64,000 nucleotides of DNA from a virus, in the IMG/VR virus record IMGVR_UViG_3300002092_001237, positions 32,001-96,000 of that record; one strand, given 5' to 3'. Numbering within the stretch: the first letter of the stretch is position 1; each line of letters starts with the position of its first letter. The translations under genes were made by a program, and so were the position numbers. A model generated the notes under the pieces. The model was not told the origin of the DNA. It saw only the letters and a list, made by a program, of their open reading frames with translations, and did not search any database. Of the stretch, positions 20,515 to 31,100 are shown in pieces.

Positions 20515-23500
20515 TTATAACCTCTCTTGCTGGAAATGCGATGTATTTATCGCCGTACTCACCGGTCACACTATCGATTATGGCTCGGTCTATCGTTAAG
20601 TCAATCGTAGTAAAATCGAATTTAGAATTCTTTATATTAAGAATTATATAATCTGCTTCACCTGGTAAACAATAGCATAAAGGTATCGCTTTAGTAAATC
20701 CCTGTTCAACACCGCTACGTGTCTGTGGAGTACGCATCCATAATGGGAGATAGTTTCGCTCAGTGTCACCAACTGCTGATATAATCTTACGTATATTCGT
20801 GACACTATTTCCAAATATAGTTTTAAAATCATCGCTTATAAGTTGACCACCATAATCTACAGATATAACCCTGTCCTGCATCATTATACGTGGCAATACA
20901 TCTTCGCTCATCTTATTGATATTATTATCATATATATCGCTATCTATAGTATCTCTGCGCCCTTGATTGATCGATGTCCTGAATGGAATATTTTTCGTCT
21001 TTATCGTCATCGGAACAGAACTAGTTTCATTTTCTAGATTATCGATGATCTGTAAGTATATGACTTCATATATAACCGTATTAGTGCCTGGTTTTTTTCC
21101 TACAGCTTTTTTAAGTTCCCCTATGCGGAATCTCTTCCAACTAGTTCGTCCAAATGCCGATGCATATTGCGCTGCTGTTTTAGTTTCAATTCCTGGGTAT
21201 AATAGCATCTTTAGATCGGTCTGTATACCGAACTCTGGATCTCCCATACGATATATTTTTTCTCTAACGAAAATACCAGGATCAGTTAAGAAAGATGTAA
21301 CTGTTATTCTATTATCTCTTTTCATAAACGGTTTTACATATATGTTGCTGTATAACTTATTGTTAGGAGTATTAACAGCAATCTTAAAAGTTTTAGCGAC
21401 AGCGGAATAGGTGAACTGATCCTTTGCTTCAACCGTAAATAGATATTCTCTATCAAGTGATGTTTTGTGATTATCAAAAGATGTAATATTACCATCGATG
21501 ATAGTTAATCCGGGGTTAGTAGAAGTTCCAAACTGATTTATTTTTCCCTGTAGTGTACCATCGTTGACAAGGGTTATTCCAGGGGGTAATCTGCCTCCAA
21601 CGAGAGCATAAGATAGAGATGCACTTGTAATGCTAGTCACAGCTTCAACTGCTAACGTACTAACAAAATTAGCATCGATTAATCCCAAATCTCCATCTGT
21701 TATAAAATGAATCGTGCTTTCAATATCTCCCATTAGATCTATTGTAAATGTTCGAGTGCTACTAACGATAAATGTAAAGATGAAACTGATACCAACAGGT
21801 ACTAGGATAGATACACCTTGGCTTAGTGTGACGGTCTTCTTTATAGGATTAACCTCTATTACGATAGTTCCCTGTCCGACATAGTTAGTCGTACCCACAC
21901 TTGTTACTAAACTACCTACTCGTATGCCTATCGTAGAATCTAGTGTTAATACATTACCTCTTAAGCTAGTTGATGTTGTTGTAGTTCTCTTTATAGAACT
22001 ATTATCAAACGGGTCATAACGTATAGCCATGATCGTAAATTCATAAGTCCTTGTAATTGCAGGCTGCTGTGGTACTGATCCATATATTTCACCAGTTATC
22101 TGATCCAGCATCATTCCTGGTGGAAGTCCGGCAATTCTGCCTTCGGATGTAATATTGCCATCGTTAACGTTTGGATTTTTAACATAGAGATAACCGATAG
22201 TTCCCTGTAGTGTTGCAGGATCGAAAACATCTAAGAAAATAGTGATGTAGTTATTAGCACGTTTTCGTCCTAGATTTGGAGCAGTTATCCAAATTGGTTT
22301 CCTGAGATAAGCTATATCTGCTGTATAAACAGTAGACCCCGAATGCATTACAGTAGTATCAGATCTGAATAAATCATCCCCTACTACGAAAATTCTAAAT
22401 TTCTTATCAGAGTAATATGCACCATCAGATGCTCTAACTACGAATTCATAATATCGATTTAATTTCTTTGGTGTCCTAACAGGATCGCTATAGTCATATC
22501 TCACATTGTCGTATAAAAAATCTTCATACCCGTTAGTTGGGCGTTCTCCAAAATCGTAAGGTTCTTCGTCGTATCTATCCTCATCATAGAATCCAGAATC
22601 GTTTCCCTGTAGTGTTGATAAGATAGCATCTGTAAATCCAATTAATCTTCCTGAACTAGTTAGTGTTATCCCCGGAGGTAATGAACCGCCTCTTGGTGGA
22701 ATATAATAAGTTAATCGTGTGCCTGTAGCAGTATCATTATCGATAGCAGATAACTGATAATCTATCTGGCTATTGTCTAACACGAATAAATTAGTATGAT
22801 CTTCTTTGTAGCTAAAGGTCAGTTCGGGTATGCGTGTCTCATATACAGTTCCGTTTGCTCCTGTTATATCCAAACCATTATATACGAATATAGTGCCCAC
22901 TACCGGATTTTTACCAGCACCAATATCTGACCAATTAGTAGTACCTATTGTTTTGATTTTATATGTAGTACCTACTACTAATAAAGATTGATTTACGGTT
23001 ATTTGGAATGTTAAATCTCTTGTTATAGGATGACTTAATCTAATTTTCCTATTAACTAGATCTATCGAATTTACTATAGTTCCATTAACAAATGGGGTAG
23101 TATAGCTATCTATCGAGATAGTGCTTCCTAATCGAATACCACGCGACGATGACACATATATAATGGTATCTTCTTTTAAGGCTTCGCGCACTAATCGTCG
23201 AGTTGCTGTTATTACTCTTTTACCACTAGTTCCGACTGGTAAGGTATAAGCAGTATCGGACGGAGCGGGAGACCATCGAGGAGCGTCGGGGCCTTGTACT
23301 GTTATTAAGAACGTTCTATCGGATATTCCGTCAAGGTTACTAGCACGTAATACGAATTTAAATTCAGTATTCTCTACTACCTCATATGGTGTTCCTATAA
23401 TAGAATGATTTTCTATTCTCAATCCAGGAGGCATATTACCGGATATAACATCTATGAAGATATCGCCGGGAAATGTAATATAACCATTTCCTAAAATTAT

Positions 23501-24409
23501 CGGCGTGCTGCGATATTGTGGTCCTACTATATATGGATATACCGGTATCGATGGTTGTTCTGGATCGACGGTTATGAAATATGCATATGTGCCATTGGGA
23601 AATTCTGGAGTCTTACATTCTCTACCATTATATTGATCTAGATCACCGTGTCCTGCATAAACGAAATCTTCGATGTATGATCCGTCAGGTACTGTCCCAT
23701 TGCCTCGTTCTGAGTCTGATAAGCGATACCCCGTTTCCATAATTCTTATACCACTATTTGGATTATCTGAGATAGAATATCCATATGGCCCATATATAGG
23801 CCATCCGTCGAACGCATAACCTAATATTGGACTATGCTGACTAGAATTCTTAGTGTATAGTAATGTTGGATCACTGTGATAATAAAATTTTCCATCTGGA
23901 TCGATTATACCCGATCCGTCGGTGAAGTAATTGTTTAATTCTGGCTGTTTCTGTATAGGATAGATAACATTATTTTCTGTATATTTAAAATCTCTTATAG
24001 TAACTGTTTTTCCCAAAGATGGACTTTTAAAAGGTACACCGTCTATAGCGATACCTATAAAATCACTTGTTTCGAACTTAATTTCGGGATCATCTGGAAA
24101 TACAGGTATTTGAAAAACATAAGATTGTGCGATTGGTCTATATCGATTATATCCAGCAGGTGCACCTAGCCATGCTGTACGTGCTAATCCTGTGCTTTCT
24201 ATATAAAAGAAATCTTTGTTAGCATACCAAGACAGTCCTGCAAATCGATCTGTCTTATGAGGTATGACTTGATTTTCAGTATCGCTGACTAATAGCTCTA
24301 TTGGTGCTCGTTGTCCAGACTTAGGATTATCTACAAGCATAACTCTTTCTTGTAGAGTTGCGAGAATTGTATTTGAATTTTGTGATGCGTCCCAGCTAGG
24401 CGTTGCCAT
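20507..24409 (-). CDS. Large baseplate/virion protein with a YHYH-type domain and Ig-like repeats
   Basis: FYYH...HSPILGYAFDGWPIYGPYG...DLDQYNGR...TPEFPNGTYAYF followed by several LPPG Ig-like repeats. Confidence 0.7.
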   Translation of the reverse strand: MATPSWDASQNSNTILATLQERVMLVDNPKSGQRAPIELLVSDTENQVIPHKTDRFAGLSWYANKDFFYIESTGLARTAWLGAPAGYNRYRPIAQSYVFQIPVFPDDPEIKFETSDFIGIAIDGVPFKSPSLGKTVTIRDFKYTENNVIYPIQKQPELNNYFTDGSGIIDPDGKFYYHSDPTLLYTKNSSQHSPILGYAFDGWPIYGPYGYSISDNPNSGIRIMETGYRLSDSERGNGTVPDGSYIEDFVYAGHGDLDQYNGRECKTPEFPNGTYAYFITVDPEQPSIPVYPYIVGPQYRSTPIILGNGYITFPGDIFIDVISGNMPPGLRIENHSIIGTPYEVVENTEFKFVLRASNLDGISDRTFLITVQGPDAPRWSPAPSDTAYTLPVGTSGKRVITATRRLVREALKEDTIIYVSSSRGIRLGSTISIDSYTTPFVNGTIVNSIDLVNRKIRLSHPITRDLTFQITVNQSLLVVGTTYKIKTIGTTNWSDIGAGKNPVVGTIFVYNGLDITGANGTVYETRIPELTFSYKEDHTNLFVLDNSQIDYQLSAIDNDTATGTRLTYYIPPRGGSLPPGITLTSSGRLIGFTDAILSTLQGNDSGFYDEDRYDEEPYDFGERPTNGYEDFLYDNVRYDYSDPVRTPKKLNRYYEFVVRASDGAYYSDKKFRIFVVGDDLFRSDTTVMHSGSTVYTADIAYLRKPIWITAPNLGRKRANNYITIFLDVFDPATLQGTIGYLYVKNPNVNDGNITSEGRIAGLPPGMMLDQITGEIYGSVPQQPAITRTYEFTIMAIRYDPFDNSSIKRTTTTSTSLRGNVLTLDSTIGIRVGSLVTSVGTTNYVGQGTIVIEVNPIKKTVTLSQGVSILVPVGISFIFTFIVSSTRTFTIDLMGDIESTIHFITDGDLGLIDANFVSTLAVEAVTSITSASLSYALVGGRLPPGITLVNDGTLQGKINQFGTSTNPGLTIIDGNITSFDNHKTSLDREYLFTVEAKDQFTYSAVAKTFKIAVNTPNNKLYSNIYVKPFMKRDNRITVTSFLTDPGIFVREKIYRMGDPEFGIQTDLKMLLYPGIETKTAAQYASAFGRTSWKRFRIGELKKAVGKKPGTNTVIYEVIYLQIIDNLENETSSVPMTIKTKNIPFRTSINQGRRDTIDSDIYDNNINKMSEDVLPRIMMQDRVISVDYGGQLISDDFKTIFGNSVTNIRKIISAVGDTERNYLPLWMRTPQTRSGVEQGFTKAIPLCYCLPGEADYIILNIKNSKFDFTTIDLTIDRAIIDSVTGEYGDKYIAFPAREVING

Positions 24410-24451
24410 TATTTCCGATCTCCGTACAATATTTATCGTAGGGAGTTTTGT

Positions 24452-25123
24452 TTAAACTATAGCACCGTAATCGAGATCAATGTAAGTTGGATTGGCATAG
24501 GTTCCTAGGTCGAAATTCTGCTGCATCATTAGCCATTCTATGAAAGATTTTGGTAAAGGGTTTGATAATAATCCAAAATCAAAATCATTAACTTGATTAT
24601 TTACACGCTTTAAATCAATGCCATTTCCTGTTATATTATAACCATTTAGATCTAGATTGGCTCCTAATCTTGGTGTAGTTTCTCTCTGTATGCGCCCGTC
24701 GACTGTTATCGTATCTCCGATAATAGTAGTATGTACGCTACCGTCTCCTGAGATAGTTATACTTTTTGGAGCAGTAGTAGTTGTTATATAATGGTTATCA
24801 TCTGTTGTTATTCTGTTTATCGCGGGCCAAGTATTTTTTATAACAATATGATCGCTTCGAGCACTTAGTAGATCGTTGGGATCTATATGTGGATTTACTA
24901 CGGATATACCGTCGCTTTGTACTAGAGATCTAAAACGTAGGTCTACGCCGTTTTTCTCTTTGAATATCCCAACGCCGGTGCCGGCATTACTCGCAGTATT
25001 ATTCTGTCCAAGATGTAGGTAGATTTCATCAAAATTATCGTTTACTTTTACAAAGGCCGTACGTAGGTCATCACCTGTTCCGTCGTTGATATAATTTCCT
25101 ACGTTTATCGTTTGTAAAGCCAT
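24452..25123 (-). CDS. Baseplate gp9/gp10-like protein
   Basis: QTINVG...NDGTGDDLRTAFVKVNDNF N-terminal motif. Confidence 0.75.
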   Translation of the reverse strand: MALQTINVGNYINDGTGDDLRTAFVKVNDNFDEIYLHLGQNNTASNAGTGVGIFKEKNGVDLRFRSLVQSDGISVVNPHIDPNDLLSARSDHIVIKNTWPAINRITTDDNHYITTTTAPKSITISGDGSVHTTIIGDTITVDGRIQRETTPRLGANLDLNGYNITGNGIDLKRVNNQVNDFDFGLLSNPLPKSFIEWLMMQQNFDLGTYANPTYIDLDYGAIV

Positions 25124-25151
25124 AATCTATCTCCGTAAGTATTTATCGGTG

Positions 25152-28100
25152 TTAGTGTTTACCCACTAACACCTCTATTACGCTAACTCTATCGCCATCA
25201 TAGTCCGCTAATGCTTTACCTATGATGCTACCTGCTCTAGGATCTTCGCTAGCCATAGCAACACCCGGAACCATACTAACAACCATCATGTCACCTTTAG
25301 AAACCTTACCAATAACCTTACATGGTACGCGACCTTGTAGTGCTACAGTAGCAACGAATTCAGCTTCTAGCGCACTATTCATTAAATGTGCTGGATGTTC
25401 CGATATAACCCCTGCTACTTTAGTAGTACCTTGACCTTTGGCCAATGTTACTTCCTGTTCGCCGCCGATCATCAACACTGTACCGGGCTCGTATTTCTGA
25501 TCTGCTACATAATTTTCTGCCAAGTCAGCATAACGTGCTTGTGTAGCAGTACCATATATTAGATTCCAATTTAATCCACTACTGCCTAGGTTGTATGTTG
25601 CGTTCGCTAATGGTAATATATTTAGAGTATAAAGATCACAACTATTGATATCAATACCTTTATAGTTTCGAATGTAGGCATGATTATTTGAGTTTAAGCC
25701 AATACTTAATACTCTATTATCACCACCACTAAATGTAAAATTCGAATTAATAGTACTATTGGCCCAAGTAAATACTTCCCCTGCATCAACACCTGCCGGC
25801 GTCGTACCAAAAATCGAACTTATTCTTAAATTACCTGCTGTTATACTACCACCAGAAGTTATAGAACCTGCTGTTATACTACCACCAGAAGTTATAGAAC
25901 CTGCTGTTATACTACCACCAGAAGTTATAGCACCTGCTGTTACAGTACCAAATGTTGAATTACCGGAAGAATCTCTTGATACTAAGTTTTGGGCACTAAT
26001 AACCGTAGAACTATATGTAATAGTACCAAATTGTCCACTACCGAGTCGGGTCAATACACCAGTACCTACGCTGCTATTCGGAATACTATACGCAGCAGCT
26101 AAAGCACCGTCTACGACTGCGGTAAAATTAATCGCCGTTGGAGTAGCGGCGCCTGCTGTACTATTTCCAACGACAGTATTACCACTGATCGCTAACAGCC
26201 TATCTAATTTTAAGCTATTTGATTTAATGCTAGCGAACCCTGTACTAACGGTAAATTGATTAGCATCAAGACTAACTGCACCTCTTAGGGATCTTATAGT
26301 AGCAGTCGTTAATGTTGCAACACCGCTAATTATGCTAGAATATGTGATAGTAGATGATCCAGCACTATTAGTAGTAGCACCAGATACGATGTATGTACCA
26401 TTATATCCTGTAATACCAGTGACACCTGCTATAACTATTCTAGATCCTACTGGAAATGTATATCCAGTAATCGGAGTCAACCCATCTAATTGTAAAGGAC
26501 TAGAGAATGTCACGGTAACCGTTGTACCATTACCTGATATACCTGTTATAGTTATAGTTTCACCATAACTAGCATTAGCATTATCGATCGACAATTTAGT
26601 ATGATCGATAGCTGCTGTTGCAGATACTTTGCTATCTACTACTGCACCGGATTGTATAGTATATGTTAATATATTACCAGTTGGACCAGTAGCACTTAAA
26701 GCACCGACTACGTCACCTGCTGTTCTAGTATTGACCCATTTAGTGCCGCTATACACCATCATATCGCTACCAGTAGGCCCGGTTGGAGTAGTATATAAAA
26801 CATCGCCTAGTTGTGCGACATTTGCTTTAGTGTCAACATAGCCCTTGGTAGAAGCATCTGCGGTATCAGTTGGTGTTCCTACATTGGTTATCTTATTGCT
26901 GTTCATTCCGATACTATCCGGAACAGTAACCACTCCAGCACCGCCGGGGGTACTAGTTACCGTAGTGCTCGAAACAGTAGTATAAGTAAACGATGACAAC
27001 GAAACAATGCCAGTAACTGTTGTTGTAGTATTAAATGATGTATCAGTAAGTCCTGATATAGTGATTATAGAACCTACACTAAGAGCATTTGGCTGTGAAG
27101 TAACGATAGTTGCTGTTGTACCGGTTCTTGCGAAAGTAGCTATAGCAATCTGTGAAGTCGATCCCATAACGAACAGATCTATCTCATATCTTGTACCGCC
27201 GGTTAATTTTAAAAATTGATCAACATAGCTCTTATTAGCAGCATCGGTGCCACTAGAGGGTGCTACTACGTTTGCTATCTTATTAGTACCCATATCCAGG
27301 GTACCTTTCATCGTCACGCCAGCGCCGGGCTGTAGTGGTAAGAATCCCGAGCCGATCGGTGAAGTGCTAACGGTACCGTTTAGATCTACACCAAGTCTAC
27401 GATTTACATATTCTCTAACAGATGACATAGTTGGAACAGCATCACCAATATCTGGCATAGTAGCATCGTTTAAGAATTGAGTTATGAATACTCCGCTCTT
27501 AAATCCGAGACCAGTTAATCCACTAAGAACGATACTAGCACTAAAGCTAACTGTACCAGTACCTTGATCAACTGTAAAGAATCTACCTACACGGAAGAAT
27601 CCGTCTTGGTTAGTTGCTGCGAAGAACACACGCCCTCGGTTTTTTTCTTGAACTTCCGCTTTAGTATTACTACCCACCGAATCAACAGCATTGTTATTAT
27701 CAACCTTAGCTTCATAAGGAACACCATTTATGCTATTAGGATAATTTGAAGTATTATATCCCCCCGTTCCAATGTTCAAGAAGTCATGGCTTGTAACACG
27801 ATTAGTACTGATATTGGCGGTTAATAATCCTGATATTTCTTGTACTACAGCATTGGTACTGTGTACTGCTGCTACAGTACCTAATTGAGCACGATTAACA
27901 CCTGTTAATGTAGTAGTGCTACTGATTCCCGTGAATGAGAAGATTTCGCTATCTATTCTAACATATCTAGTATAAGTTCCATTATATGAGAACGTAGAGT
28001 TAGATGCCATTACTATAGTATTAACAGCACCGGTACCAGATATGCTCGATGATATAGTCGATGATCCATATGATTTTATTCCGGCGCTGATACTAACTCC

Positions 28101-31100
28101 GGTTGGAATAATAGTATTAGTCGGTAATGCTGAATTTAAAGTTAAGGTAGCATATGATCCAGGACTAGTGGCTGTATATGCTGTAATAGTTCTAGTATAC
28201 CCCTTTGGAGTTACGTTTTGATCTACCCACCCAAATTCCATTCCTACTATTCTTGATTTGTCGATATCAGTTAGTTCATTTATGCGTATAGTAGTCGCTC
28301 CACCTATCGCTGCTGTGTTTGTAACGGTAGCTGTAACGTAGCTATAATTACTATCAATCGTTATAAGACTAGTACCGCCTTGATATGCATTTATAGTAAC
28401 CGGAACACTAACATTTCCAACCGATACGTTATTTGAATTAGTTATAACCCATGTTGATGCATTTGTTGATGATACTGTTATAACTGATCCGTTTATCCCT
28501 GTACCACTTAATATCAATCCAGCTGATAATGAACCGTAACTTGGACTACCAACCACATTTAAAGTAAACCCACTTATATAACCACTAAATGTACAGACCA
28601 GTGTTGGATTTTCGTTTAATGCTTCTGTAGTTCCATATCCTGCATCGCCTGGATTTCGACTGTTATTGTAATAATTAGATGATAGTGCGACAGTTCTATA
28701 ATTGTTAGAAATACCGTCATATGTAAAATCTAAAGCAGTTGAAGGCCGAGATGTTAGTCCTACGAAATTACCATAAAATTTAAAGATTTCTGTAGTTCTT
28801 AACACTACAAAATCACCGTCGTTCATATTTTCAGTGAATTTTGTCGATGCTCCGTCGATTCCGGTACCTAAGCTAATTTTTGCGATTTTAGTATTCAACG
28901 TCGCAGTAGCAGGAGTTGATAAAGTTGCCCCACTAATAATACCAATCGATGCCGGAATACCAAAGATAGTCCCCGCCGTTGGTACTCCAAATGTAAATGT
29001 GCCAGTTGCTGTTACAGGATTCACTAGGTTGGTGCTTATCGTAACCACAGCAGTAGTAGTAGTAAAAGTAGGTGAATTCATAGTCAGAGGAGTTAGATTT
29101 GGACCCGAGCTTACTAAAATACTCGACACATAAGTAGTAGCTGTTGAAGTAATAGGATTAGGAGTAGTTGAAAAAGTTACAGTCTGTCCGACCTGTAACG
29201 GACTTTCATAAACTGTAACTCCGGTTCCGAGCCCAGTTGTTGAGATACCATTATAGATGAAAGATGTTCCAATAGCTGGAGTTGCTACGCCAGTTGATAC
29301 ACCTATACTCCACCACTGGGCGGATGTAAGTACTACAGATCCTAGATTTGCAATATAGTATATCTTGTTTAAATTAGAATTACCTGATATACTTGCAAGT
29401 GGAATAGCAGTGTATGCAGTACCGGCAGTTGTAGTTATTTGGAAGGACGATTGCCCCGTAGTACCGATAGTATTACCGGTCATAGTAACAGCAGTAACAC
29501 TGTTTTTACTACTATTGTTTGTTATATTCCAAGTTGTTGTTGTAACACCTCCAGTTGACGTAGTTGATGCTAAACTATTGACAATAACATTATCAGTATA
29601 TGCAGCATTTGTGCCACCAGTCCATATTAGAACCATACCGGGTGCTATAGCACCATACGTTGGATTACCAGTTACTGTTAGAAGTGTCGGAGTTGCTGCT
29701 GCTATAGTTCCAGTAAAAGATGTAACTGCTAAACCAGGACTAGCCAGTGCGACCCCAGTACCACTAGTTCCACTATATGATGGACCAGAGTTTAACACTG
29801 GGAATGTACCGTTAAAATCCGCCGAGTTGGCTGGTAATCCGTTACTTAATGTTACAGACGATGGTACACCACTTATTGTCACAGTATCGTAAAATGTTAC
29901 AGTACCGCTAACCGCACCTGAATTAGGAGCACTCAACGTAACGGTATTTTCTTTTACCGAAACTACTGTTGGGAATAATTGTGCTGTTAAGGTAGCACTT
30001 GTAAATGTGAGATTATTGGGATTTGTTACAGTCCACGAATTACCACTGGATGTAATTACTATACCCGTTACAGATATGTTGTTAGGGTTTTTTATAACCC
30101 AGGATAATGCTGATCCCGATGATATAGACACTATCCCTGTTATACCAGTACCTGATAAAGTCTGTCCAACCGCAACAGTCCCTGACGTTACAGATTGTAT
30201 CGTCAGGGTAGTACCGGAGATTGAACCTGTAAATGTTGCTCCAGGTGTTGCAACAGCAACTACACGTATATTATAAGTTACGCCGCTGCCGGTTAGTAAC
30301 AAGCCGTTATTGATTAACTGTCCTGGAACTAGAGTCTGATAACCTGTAGTAGTTAAGGTAGTTAATGTTCCCGAAGCGATAGTGCCTGTAAATGATGTAG
30401 TAAGACCAATATTTGTCCCTGCAACTATCTGTCCTTGATAGATGTTATAATTTGGAGCTACTACCGTGGGCGAAGTGAAATTGTTTACGGCACTTACGAG
30501 AGTTATAGTGTAAGAACCACTAGAACCTGTAACATTAGTTACTTGGGGAGTTCCACCATTAGGTGAGGTAGAGAATCCGTGCTGTGTAGTACATGTTATA
30601 GAACCCACTCCAGCACCGCCTTTTGCGATCATTGATATCGATGCACTATTAACGACGGGAGTGATATTATTGATAGTATACGTTGTCTTACCTGCGACAG
30701 GATGATATACCTGTATTTCTGTTATTGAATATGGAACATAATCATATCCTACTATGGTCATAAGTGACCCGCTAGCAGCATTATAACTAGCTCCATTATA
30801 TACAGAACCCTTCTTATATATTCTAGCATATTGAGTTAAATTATCTGCAAGTGTTACATATCTAGGAACTTCTCCTGGATCGGAACCTTCTGCTTTTAGC
30901 CCAAAAAATCCGTTTGAATTTGATCCACTAACTGCACGTATCTGTCCACCATTGATAGAATAATATGCTGTATGGCAATAGTATGTAAACACACTGACTA
31001 ATTCCATCAGCGCATTATTGGTTACCATTATACCATATGCTATATCGTTTACCTGTGTAAAGTGTGTCGCTAGCATACTTTTATTACCAGCAGTTTCTAG

